64,000 nucleotides of DNA from contig CM039009.1 in assembly GCA_017499595.2 (NCBI GenBank), positions 806,001-870,000 of the forward strand. The letters run 5' to 3'. Each line of letters opens with the position of its first letter. Positions within the stretch are counted from its first letter, which is position 1. Under the pieces are notes generated by a model, which saw only the letters and a program-made list of their open reading frames with translations, ran no database searches and was not told the origin of the DNA. A program made the translations under genes and the position numbers. Source of the stretch: Psilocybe cubensis. Its lineage: Eukaryota. Positions 20,300-32,549 of the stretch are shown piece after piece.

Positions 20300-23200
20300 G
20301 TGGAGGTGTATTCAGTTGCGTTGCGTTGAGTTGCGTTGAGTTCAGTTCAGTTGTTGTTGTTGTTGTTGTTGTTGTTTCTGCTATGCTATTCTGTGCTATG
20401 ATTTTAGTTTGGTTTGGTTTGAATTGGCGTGGAAGATCCATTTCTCTCTCCTTTTTTTTTGTGTTTTGATTGATTGTATGCGCGTTATTCTTTTTCTTTT
20501 TCTCGTTTCTCGTTTCTATATGCGCTTTTGATTTTTTTGACTTTCTCACTTTCTTGCTTCTCATTACCCTATTCACACTCTTACTCTTCCGCTTGATTTC
20601 TTTTCTTTTTTTTTTTGTTCATTTTCTTTTTCATTTTCATTTTCTTCAATTTCTGAATCGCATACATCCAGTTATCTCCTCTTTCCTCCCTTTCTCTTTC
20701 TCTTTCTCTTTCTCTTTCTCTTTCTCTTTCTCTTTCTCTTTCTCTTTCTCTTTCTCTTTCTCTTTCTCTTTCTCTTTCTCTTTCTCTTTCTCTTTCTCTT
20801 TCTCTTTCTCTTTCTCACTTCTCACTTCTCACTTCTCACTTCTCTCTTCCTTTCTCTCTTCTCTCTTCCCTCTTCCCTCTTCCCTCTTCTTCTGAGATCA
20901 TGTTACTATACTACTACTGTTACTGTTACTACCTATTGCTACTACTACTACTACTATACTTACCCACCACCCATCCGTCACTACCACCACCACCACCACC
21001 GCTGCTGCTGCTCCCTCCAACGTCTGTCGTGCGCTCAGTGTTCGTCAGATTTTGTATACCTATTTCGTTGTTCGCTGTTTCGCTGTTTCGCTGTTTCGCT
21101 GTTTCGCTGTTGTTCGATGTTGTTTGATGTTTCATTTTGATTCCTTGATTCCTTGATTCTGGTTCTGGTTCTGGTTCTGATTCTGATTCTGATTCTGATT
21201 CTGATTGATTCTTGACGTGTTTTTTGATTTTTGAGGTGTTTTGAATGAGAGTACAGTACCGAGTCCGTGTGCTACTGCTACTCCTGCTGCTGCTGCTACT
21301 GCTACTACTGCTGTTAGTGGGCGCTATGCTGGTTTATTTTGGCTTTTTTGGCTTTTGGCTTTAGGCTTTTAAAGTTATGATTTAGTCCAGTGTAGTGTAG
21401 TGTAGTGTAGTGTAGTAGTTCGGCGGTGTAGTTCGGCGCTCTTTTCTTTCCTTCTTTCTTTTTTGAGTGTTTTTTTTTTTTCTTTTTCTGCGTGCTTTCT
21501 TCTTCTTCATTTTAACGTGCTTTTTCTCTTCTTCCTCTTTTCGCTGGTTATATTTTTACGTTTTTGTGTTCACGTTTTCGTGCATATGTGCGCTATAGGT
21601 TTGTTTTTTTTCACTTTTACTTTTTCGTGTATATAGTTTTTACTTTTACTTTTACTTGATACGTTTACTTGATACGTTTTACTTGATGCGCCTATCCTTC
21701 GTCGTTTATTGCGCCTGTCCTTCGTCGTTCATCGTTCGTCCTATCATTTGACCTCTATCGTTTGTCCTCTATCGTTTGTATCCACTATTCATTCCGCATT
21801 CATTCTGCATTCACTTTTAATTCTTGTTCTTGTGCTTGTTCTTGTTCTTGATACCTTTGACCACTTACTGCTCAGCGCTCAGCGCTTAGCTTACTGCTCT
21901 TTAAGCTTTAATCGTTGCTTATGCTTCCACTTTTACACGTTACACCACACGCTCTTTTGCTCTCTTACACTCTACACTCTACACTCCTTTACACGTTATA
22001 CCACACACCTTTTACACCTTTTACACTCTTCACTCCTTTGCACGTTACACCACACACTCCTTTGCTCTCTTACACCACACGCTCTTTTACACCCATACAA
22101 CCCCCACTCAGCCCTTTTTTGAAAAATTTGTAATGCTACTTACTTACTTGATCACTTTTTATTCGCTTTTATTCGCATTTAATTGCCTTTTGTTTGCTTA
22201 CTTACTTTTGCTTACTTACTTTACTTACTTACTTCGTCGCTTGTCGTTTTGTCTTCGTCTTTGTCCTTGTCGTTTTGACCTTGTCTTGTCAACACCCTCA
22301 TCCTCATCATCCACGTCGTTGCTCTGCTTTGCTCTCTTTTACTTCGTTGTCTTTTGTCTTTTGTCATTTGTCATTTGTCTTTTGTTTCTTTTTTACACCT
22401 CCCTTTTTGACGCCCACGCACCCACTCCCCTCGTTTCGCTCGCTTTTGTCAGTCCACACACCCACCGACCCACGCACGCAAGCACCCACCTCTCGAGGCG
22501 GAGGTAGCGCTATTTGTGCTTGGGTTCTTTACCATTTTAAGTTCTATGTTCTATGTTCTATATTTTAGATATTTGTTTCACTCGTTTACTCGTTCTTTGA
22601 TTTGTTTACTTGTTTACTCGTTCGCCGTTTCTTTCACTCGTTTACTCGTTCGCCGTTTTTTTTTTTTTGGCCTATCTACCTACCACTTTCCCTCACCCAC
22701 CCTCACCGAGTCATTCACCCACCCACCAACTTTCATCTTCACCGGCTCATCGACATCCCCACACACCTACACCTCCACCTCCACCTACACCTACACACCT
22801 ACACCTCCACCTCCACGCACCCACGCACCCACACCCACACCCACCAATTACAATCAACTCACCCGCCCACCAATCACAATCAACTCACCCGCCCCGCCCA
22901 GCCCATCAACCACCCCCATACATCAGCTTCACTCACTCACCCCCACTCATACGTTCATAGGCTCACACGCTCACACGCTCATACGCTCATACGCTCACAC
23001 GCTCACACGCTCACACACTATCTCGCTATCCCACTATCCCACTATCCCACTATCCCACTATCCCACTATCCCGCTATCCCACTATCCCACAATTTCACAA
23101 TCCCACAATCCCACTATCCCCCTATCCCCCTATCCCACTATCCCACTATCCCACTATCCGACTATCCGACTATTCCACTATCTCGCTTTCCCTCTTTCCC

Positions 23201-23830
23201 ACTATTTCACTATTTCACTTTCCCACTATCTCACTATCCCAGCGATAGTAGAGGGCTCTACTCGTTCACGCTTGTTACTCGATCATGCTCGCACTCGCGG
23301 TCATACTCGCACTCGCACTCGCAATTTGTGATTGTGGTTGCGGTTGTGGTTGTGATTACGATTGTGATTGTGATTGCAGTGCTGTTATATCTCGCAGACG
23401 GTAGACCTCTTTAAAAGTTTTTGAAGTTTAAAAGTTTTTGAAGTTTTTACAGTTAAAAGTTCTACAGTTAAAAATTTTACAGTTAAAAGTTCTACAGTTT
23501 TACAGTTCTACAGTTAAAATTAAAATTAAAATGAAATGAATTTTTGACATTATACACGGCTTTGACATGGCTTTTTTGAGGCGGATTTCGGCGAACGTTG
23601 AGATGAACTTGAACTTTGAGCTGGACGTTCAAGTTTTAATTGAGCGGAGCGGACTTTTGAGCTGGATTTTGAGCGGAACTTCGGACTTTGAGATGAGATG
23701 AACTTTGGACTGATCTTTGAACTTTCGAGTGTGAATCCTTGAACTTTCCTTGAGTGTGAACCTTGAACCTTGAACCTTGAACTTTCGTGCGTGTGAATCC
23801 TGAACTTTCAACTTTTAATTTTCGACTTTC
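20300..23830. repeat. Microsatellite / low-complexity field
   Basis: (TTG)n, (TTTCTC)n at ~20691-20815, (CTA)n, (TTCGCTGT)n, (TTCTGA)n, (GTGTA)n, (CCCACTAT)n at ~23020-23240, (TTGAACC)n and others. Confidence 0.95.
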
Positions 23831-25819
23831 AACTAAGTACGAACACGGCTTGCAAGCTTATGTTAATGTTATTGTACAGGTACGACCCCTACTTATTTTT
23901 TCTTACAAAAGCTTATGATGTTAGGCGGATATGCATGTATCTCATTTTGTGTAGACGTAAACTACAAGCGCATGTGTACAACAGCGATTCAACGGTTTCA
24001 AAGCTCAACGGACATCAACAAGATTGCACGAAAATCTCAACCTCATCTGATAATGTTTGTTTGTCTGGTGTGACGGTATGGTACTAATCATGATATGATA
24101 TGATAGTTGTGTTATGTTGTGCCTGGGCTGGAAAAATTTGAGGGTGCATACCCTTCATCAGTTATCCAGTTTGAGTTTGTGTTTAGAGCGGACTCGGATC
24201 CGAGCTCGAAATCGAATGTGTGAATCCTCCAAATTAAATCGTGTGACTCCCGTCAACCATTCGATTTCGGATGGATGTACAGTTTCTCCTTCCTTTCAGT
24301 GGTGCACATGCGCATGGATTAGTAACTCTTAACTTTTATGTAAGGACATGCTTATCAGCGAGGCGAAGCGAGTCACATCGTCAGAAAGCAAAACAGGTAC
24401 AATACAATTTTGAAGAGGTTAAAGAACAAACTGCCGATGCCGATGAACTTGTTAACTTCTCTATGACAGCGATCAACGGGATTATACATGTAAGTACATG
24501 TGTTGTGAATTTCGTGAATATCCCGCTTCGTTTTTGATTTTGATTATAATCAAATTAACGTTCCTTGGCTTTGTATTCATTCCATATGTCAAAGAAATTC
24601 GTTTCCAGAAGTTTTGATAAAAGCACGGAGGAGTCACTGAGTCAACATCCGACTTTCGGATGTTTGTCTGTGTGAACCACCGAGGATTCTAGCCATGCTC
24701 CAGAATCCAGCTTTCCAGTCCTAGACTTCAAAGTCCAACACCGAGTTCAGAGTCAGAAGGAGTTAGAAAACTGGGAAGCCCATATAGCAAAGGAAAATCA
24801 ACACGACACATAGGCTAGAGCTTCAAGTTTGCATGCCGAGAAGCGAATCTTCAAGTCATTGTAAGTTAACGTAACAGAACACTGAACGAAAACGATACAC
24901 TGTAACACTGTCAGATACCTTGAATCGCGAACCTCTGGACGTTCGACAAGTTCGACAGACAGGATTCAGACAGCTGACACTACACTGACAGAAAAACATA
25001 CCCGTTTCAGGGTGCTAACCAAGGTTATGTATATTTTTAGCGTCCGAATGTTTTTTTGATTTGATGCGATCCTCGCCAAGCGCGGCACTGTGCGGCACTC
25101 CCAGGGGCTCGGTGGCTCAAGACTTCATGCTTAAATTAAGCTTCTGCAATGCCGTGATCCGTTATCCACACCGATTGTCTGCCGCTTCGGCAGTATTTTT
25201 CCGAACTCCGCGGTTTCGCCGCCTGAAGCCTTACGGGTGAGAAAAAAAACAAAAACGCGTGCGGGGTTCTGTTAAATTTTCTCACCTCTTGTTTTTGTTT
25301 TCCCGTTGGCTAAGCGCCGTGCTTGGCGTAATCTGATTTGGGTGAGGGCTTGAAGCTTGAAGCTTGAAGGGTGTTTGGTCAAAGTTCGAAGTTCAAGATT
25401 CAGGAGTTATCCAAATCCTGCGGCAGAATCTCTGAGCGTGTATGTATCGCGCGTCATTGCCCCTGGACCTTAAGACTTAGACTGACAGTGACACTTCCCA
25501 TGGAGGACTTCAAGTTCGAATTCTTGACATAAAATGATAAAACACAAGACGACCATCATTCACAACTCATCCCATTTCCCGAATTTCGAATGACGAACGG
25601 AATGGATCTGCGACAATTTCACGCGTTCACGCGCACGGTCTATCTTTGCAACCACTACGCATATTCAATGATTTATGGTGATTTTCACGACATCGAACTT
25701 CCATTAATTGATATCCTTGTGCGGCCGTGTTAGATGGCACTTCCTCAACGGTGTGTATTCATTCATGTTGCATCACTTGATCGGTATCTAATCGTTAACG
25801 TTGACAAAACACTTAACAT

Positions 25820-27600
25820 AGGTGCATGTTGCTCACAGTAAAGCCAAAGGTCTGGTACCTCTTGATGTACTTTGACGCGCGTATGCTCGCCTTATCTGCT
25901 AGAATGATTCCGAATCCGCTTCAATGTCCACAAGCACCGGCATTTCGAATTCCGCGTTTGAATGAGCTGGAGAGCTCATCCAGAACCTCTGGTCCGAGTC
26001 TACCTCCGCTCAATAACCAGGTTGTTCTGGATCTAGACCAGCGGCTGCAAGTACGTATATCCATGTCGTCATTACAGCGAACACTCATGCGCACGCTTCT
26101 TCAGACAGATGCTACACAGTTAGTCGGTCGTTGGCAGAAGTCCTTTGGCTGCGCGATGATAATGTATAGCCTTGTCCTTGACATTGACAAACACTGACAT
26201 TCAGCTTTCTGATCCGGGGGGGATTAGCCCCTTTTCACAGACCAAATTTACATGCGAAAAGTGCTGTAGTCTAGATTTATGTCTTGCAAAAAACATCAAC
26301 CGCGAGCAATGCCGAGTGCGTCATGCTGAAGAACCACTTAGACCCCCCTCCAGCTCTCCGCCTTCTACTTGAATAGTACCGTGTACGTATCTTTATCTGG
26401 TAAAGTTGGCCTGGGGAAATCAAAGCTAACATATATAGATTTAGAGGTGCTATCACGCGGTTGGCATCGCGTGGATTTCCTAGCCTCGGGTTCGTATTCT
26501 ACCAAAAATAAAATGCGGGCAATCAAAATTAAAAACAAGTAATTTATTAAAAGCGTATTCAGATGTTTTGGCACCGACACAGCCTACCTTCGATTTCCCA
26601 ACGAAGTGTTGAGTGATCTTCTTGCAATTGAGCGGTAGAGATGATGTGAATTTCCAGGCTGGTCCGTTGAGGTGAGTGCATCATTTCGAATGTATTTCGA
26701 GTATTGAACGTTGATCCCTCCCAGTGTCGTTTGAAAGAAGCTTTCGAATTCGCAAAAATGACGGAACTAAATTCCCCAAGTTATCCTTGAATCGTGCGTA
26801 CGACACGCCTTATCTATACATATCGAAGAAGCCTCAACACATCTGGAATAGGGAAATGAAACCTTATCCAATTATCCAGCGGACTCGGCGTTTCTGATCG
26901 AGTAACGTCGTTAATTATGCAAGCCATTCTCGACGAATCACAATACGCAACGAAGCAGATTGTTCATGAATACCGAAGCGGGGAGATTAACCCATTGATA
27001 GTGACTTTAGGTTTGCAGAATGTTGGCCAACGGGACGGCAGGCGTTGCTTGGAAGATCGGCGAACGTTATGCTACAGCGTCTCTATGAGCTGTTGGTGTT
27101 TCAGTTGCTCTCATGGAAGTATGTAGAGATCATTAACTTACCACTCAGATCATTCTCTTTTTCTAGTCGACCTTAAAGACCTATGCAATTCCAAATGACA
27201 CTTTGTTGCATGCTGAACATGAAGAACACGACTTCCTGCGGTGATCCATCATAAAGGTAGTCATGATGTGAAGGGATGCACATCGGTATTTGTATAGACG
27301 CACTTACAAGTCGCCCAACGCCACTATGGTAGCCTGTCAACATCGACTGCGCATGTCAGAGATTCTGAAAACGACTCGGACCCAAACCCTCGTTTCCTCT
27401 GATGGAAAATGTTATTTCTGGATATTTTATTCACCTGGTCGTAAGTACTGTTCGCTGTGGAATTTCTGTCATTCACGAGGGCGATGGCACTAGAAAAATA
27501 TTTTGCTTATTTGATAGTCCAATACTGCGGTACAACTGGCAGTTTGTAAGTACTTGTGATAATATTGTGTTAATGCTGAATAGCTATCAATTAGGGTGCT
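25820..27600 (+). pseudogene. Possible degenerate multi-exon gene (the left-arm copy is split by the LTR element)
   Basis: Exon-like pieces bounded by GT/AG (LDLDQRLQ|gtacgt; TCEKCCSLDLC; DESQYATKQIV) but with stops and frameshifts in both arms; no recognisable domain. Confidence 0.3.
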
Positions 27601-27681
27601 ATTTCCGCCTTCGCACAGTCACCGATGGTTCTCTCCTTCTATCGCCTCTTGTCATCCCAGCCGTCAAGGTCGTCCAGTACC

Positions 27682-29166
27682 TCAGGATTCTTCCCAACCT
27701 ACACAAAACCGAATGTGAGGCCGGCGTGCTGTCCTAGCTTTCTCAGTATCGTCCATCCAGACCCTCAAGTTGAAAAGTGGGCAAATATATCGCAAAAGTC
27801 CAGTAGATGACTGGAACTCCTCGACGGTTCGAGTGTGATGTTTGAATCTGAAAAGAACGTTTCCAACCTTATAGCTCTGCAAAGCTTCCAAGATGCAACT
27901 GAAGTCAGATACTGTCATAGGCGGCAGAGAAGACAGAGTGCCCGAGTACACATTGTGGCGCCACTCAGCCAATGCTAAATCACTGACAACGAATCGTCTG
28001 AGCCGACATTGAGATTGGTCCAAGAAACAGGAGAGAGCATCGCCTGGATCCAAGCACGTTGAGAAGCAACTGGTTATCTCCAAACATTCAAGCCTCGGTA
28101 GCGAGAGTCGCTTCAGGAGGTCAAGAGGAAACTCTAAACCCCATAGTACCAGTTTCGTAGTTGCCTCGAGTCTATATGGAACGGAAATAGTAGGGGGTGT
28201 TGGTAGTGGCCATCTTGGATTTGATCCATGTCCGCTGATGAGTGTGATGTCGGTGGCCGAGGTGCATTGTCGCAAGAGCCAGAAGCTGTCCTCGAATGTC
28301 AGAAAGCGTCTCCTGTAGAGAACTCGTGTCAATGTACGCCATGGAACAAGTGTAAAATCCCCCGCTACGTTGTGGGGGTCGTCTAGCTCTAGGTGTCGTA
28401 GCACAGGCAGTGCAGCAATCCATCGGAAGAGTTTGTTTACTTTGGATAAAGTAATATTCCAGTCGTCAAGAGATATCTTCAGACGCGAAAGTCGTTCGCC
28501 AACTTTGTGCCCCGCAAACAAATGCTTCGAAGTGAAATGGCGAAGTAGGCTGAGGGTAAAGGATATTTGGAGAGATTCCCATCTCTGTTCATGAGCGACG
28601 AAAAGATCTAACATTTGTCGCCTGTGAAGGGCAATGCTTTTATTTAAAGCATCCATAGCTGCATGAATCTGTGGATCATTAGCGAAGAACATCTCTCGGA
28701 TTTGCAGCTCATAGCGGGGGTGATATACGTGTAAAGGCAAGGATTTGGAGGCGTTAAGCCAAGTTGAGACAAATGTAGAAGTGGCGTAAGGGTCCTTGCG
28801 ATAAGTCAGCGGATTGTAGGGCGGGGCTGAAATATGGCTCCAAAGGGAGGATGTGCCCTCCGCTACATCTTTCCAGAACTTGGACACCAGCTTGAATGAA
28901 TGCGGTTGGTTTCGCGGCCCAATTAAGGCCGAGATTCTGGCTGGTTTTCCCTCTATGATCTCCTTGATACACTCGAAGAGTATCTTGGAGAGGATTTCGA
29001 AAGGGAGTGAATCAATCGGGGTCACCTGGCGCGGCTCGAAACGGGCCAAAGAGCTAATGAAAATAGAAACAGAATGAGTATATAATGGACATGTCAACTC
29101 CAAAACTAGTCTCTTAATTGTCAGGACGTAGCAAACTTACGAGTTGGATGCATTTGTTCCGTTCAT
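27682..29166 (-). CDS. F-box-like / LRR-like protein of the basidiomycete-expanded type
   Basis: ATG 29166 (MNGTNASN), intron 29140-29054, then PIDSLPFEILSKILFEC...LVSKFWKDVAEGTSSLWSHI and LRR-like LPVLRHLEL, LSLPRLECLEI. Confidence 0.85.
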
Positions 29167-31425
29167 TTGGGCGAGGCTGAAGCAACATAAAGATGGTAAA
29201 AGAAAGACTTTGAGGGCCAAATTCACATTCGCGGTTTATGTACCAACATGCAACCAATGTTTCCGTGATTTATCTCCTTGTGGAAAAAGAGGCACCTGTT
29301 TGTATGGACAGTGTACTGTTTGTTGCCCATCACCCAACTTTAATGCCACCGTAACCTGAGCATCACGTTTGGTTCATTCCGAGTATAGACATTCTTACAC
29401 CCATCGTATATACAGAGCAGGGGCTTCAATGTCGACTTACGAAGTCCAACAAAAACAATCAAGCGCCGAGTGAAATGATACAATCGATTTTGTTTAGACA
29501 ATGCCGACACACTGTTAGCTTCTGATTTTCCGCACCAGTATTTGTATTTCTCCCTATTTCTCCTTGATATATGCACCGTTGCATTGTATGGGTTCTGTAG
29601 ACAACATTTAAAAGGTGGCTGACATTCCTTCAGATGTTCGGTGACCTTGGCGTTGATATAAAATGAAAGAGGAGCAACCTCTCTGACAGTATGGAATGGT
29701 GCGGAAGAAATTTGAAGGAGTGGGAGGAACGAAAGCGGGGCGTGGAAAAGAGAAAAAAGAAGAACGAGAGAAGGACATAAAGAGAAGGCGCGCAAGAAGG
29801 AGGTGAAGCGGCGAAAGAATAGGGGGCTGGAAATGGACGCAGATGAGGGCAGTATTGTTGTGATTACTCTGGAACGAGCGTCAGTCCCCATTGTGGTTTC
29901 GACTTGGGGTGTCGCATCGAGTGTTACTTCAACGTCCGTACCTGTGCTGGTATCCTCAAGCCACAGTCGCTGTTGTGACCGCGTCAGGAGGCTCGGCGGC
30001 AGGAACGACACCAACACTGACCCCGTTGACAGTCGCCCAAAGCCAAAGTTATCTCCCACCACCACCTCTTCAATTGATCATCACATCTGCTCGTGCATAT
30101 ACCGGGATGATTCTCACGTCTGCGTCGCTGCTGATGCTGCCCACACACCATCTCCCTGCACTTGCGCTATCGGTCGTCTGGTTTTCCACTGCGTACTCTT
30201 CCCATTCCTTTTCATCGCGCTCGTCATTTTCGGAAAACTCATCGGTGGGCTCTGAAAAAGCACAGGCAAATGGTGTGAAAAATGCGTCGTGATATGCCTT
30301 TGATTTGGCTTACATGCACCAAATGAGGTTTCTCTTTTGCAATTGGGGTATTCTGTCCTGTCGAAGAATTTTCTGTTAAAATAATCTTCCTCACTTGCAT
30401 GACGAAAATTTAGTGACTAAGGCGCGATACAACACCGTAATATAACGTTGAGGGCGTTCCACTACTGTAGATCATTCACACGCGGGGTGTAGCCCAAATA
30501 TGCCGTAGAATCCAAGGCTCCAAGTGAAGTTAATCGTTCTGATTATTTTTGCTATCTCGAGCTGATCAACAAAGCTTGCAGAATTGAGGTCAGAAGATAT
30601 GGTACTGTAATATTTTCGGCTAGCGCTTTGTCGATACAGTTCATTTAAGCAGGCGACCGTATCTCACTAAGCTGTAAGCATTATTAATTCTGGTCAATTG
30701 GTCAGGTTCACGGGTACTTGGGTCCTGTCTAGGAGAAGACCTAATCCATGCCGTGGAGTATAGGTATGTCCACATTGGTGGACTGTCATTTTACTATGAA
30801 TAACACACTATAAATAACACACAGGTGAGATGCTTTGAGCTTAACGATGACAAATCAGATGACCTGCATTTACTTCGGAGCTTTGTGCAGCAGACCTGGG
30901 CGCTTGTGCATTGACGCCCCTCGGATCTCAACAGAAGTAAGCTGATGTGACGTTGTTGAACAACTAGGCGATCTGCGAAAATGATCCGCGCTTGTGTCTG
31001 CGCCACATGGACTCAGTGTTACATGAATCCCAGTTGTAGACAAAAAAGGTTTAGTTCTTGATTTTATTCACGATAAATATTGTAAATGTATTCTGATATA
31101 GAGTAGGCGTTACCAGTAACATCCATTTAATTCTAATTTGCTGTCCAGATTCGGCGTAATTGAAGTCAGTCATGTTCCTCCTTATCATATACAAACTATT
31201 TTCGGAAGAACCCAGCACGTTGGGACATTAAACGCCATTTGAACAGTCACGGCAGGAGGCAGTATCATATTGTTATCATGTGTACTACACGTCTTCTTGA
31301 TTGCTCGCAAGAATACAGCCTCTGACCGGATATTTACGTGCATACAGTGGAAGCCTATATAAGTACGTTTACCTTCATTGCTGTCCCCAGTCAAGTTATC
31401 TCTACTCAGTCGCTACTAGCACCTC

Positions 31426-31734
31426 ATGTCTTCCACCGATGTCTTCATTGACTTCTCCAACAACGGAGATGGTATCATCGAAGTAATATACGATGACATC
31501 CACGGTATATCGCAAAGATTCGTGGTTCGCCCACAGCAAATTGTTCGAAGGAAGATGCCGATATCCCAATCCATTTATTTCACCTTCAACCGCGGCCGGT
31601 TCTCTCAGAACGCCACGTAAGTTCTATTTGCCTATTCTGACCTGTTACTGTTAACTTTTACTAACTAGCCTATGCCCCATAGACACAACTTCGTTAACAA
31701 CAAGACGATCGATGTCAACATGTACTTTGTATAA
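31426..31734 (+). CDS. Small ~80-aa orphan protein, copy 2
   Basis: MSSTDVFIDFSNNGDGIIEVI...RFSQNAT, intron, then HNFVNNKTIDVNMYFV*. Confidence 0.75.
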
Positions 31735-32549
31735 GTGTTGCTACTTTGTGGACACAAGTACGTGCATATCACAGCTTCACAGCGAGGTACATTAATAAAT
31801 ACGCATAGGATATATCTTACTAAAGTCTGACAACGGTGTTGAGATACATAAAAGAAAGAAATACAAACATCGGACTCATTGTTGTGAATTGTGATTGTAG
31901 TAATTGTTCAGTGCACATGATTCTGTCAAATACAACTGTTATTTTTTTATTTGAGTGGGCTCGTGGCCACAGAATACACAGGATGCTGTGGTTGATAATT
32001 TTATTTGGGTCCTAAGGTACAATTAAATGTCTTTGATTTCTGAGAACTATCTATAAAATCAATTTGCGGTGTAAATTAGATGGATCAAGGCTTACCCGTG
32101 AGCTGCACTTCAGCTCATGCCTATTTTGGACGTGTGAGTTGAATATTTCTCTGGATTTACTTATCAAAAGATCTCTAGAACGTGTATCTCCTTGTTCTTT
32201 CTTAAGAGTCAGTGTTTGAGGGCAGAAAGCATGCTTACAATTGAATCGTTGTCCTTTTCAAGCTAGCCTCAAATTAGACCAAGTCCAATTCCCACGAACG
32301 CCAGGGCCGGACCGCTCGCGCCGAGGTTGTTTGTCTCTTGAAGGAGCTTGAAGGGCTATTGATGGAGGGTCAGCGAGGCACGCGTAGGCCGACACCTACT
32401 GGGAAGGTAGCTGCCAGACAACACTAAGTGCCAATCCACAATAAACAAATCCAATATTTACTGATTTTAAGTTGAATTGGACAAAACAAGCCAACAGAAA
32501 CTTTGTACATTAAACGCAGAACAAGGGATATCAGAAGGTTCAACTATGG

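Noticed and set aside
23020-23240. (CCCACTAT)n as telomeric repeat or CRISPR-like array
   Set aside because: Not TTAGGG-type, degenerate, no spacers, embedded among many other SSRs.
20287-23414. Long ORFs such as 20470..20895, 22516..23331 and 22602..23414
   Set aside because: Produced by stop-poor microsatellites (FSFSFS, YPTIPLSH); no domain signal.
24990-25340. Telomerase RNA, snRNA or tRNA identity for the structured segment
   Set aside because: No telomere template, snRNA signature or cloverleaf recognised.
29340-31010. ORFs 29340..30065, 29803..30255 and exon-like pieces also seen at ~6530-7420
   Set aside because: No coherent gene model or domain and frames differ between arms; at most a decayed gene.
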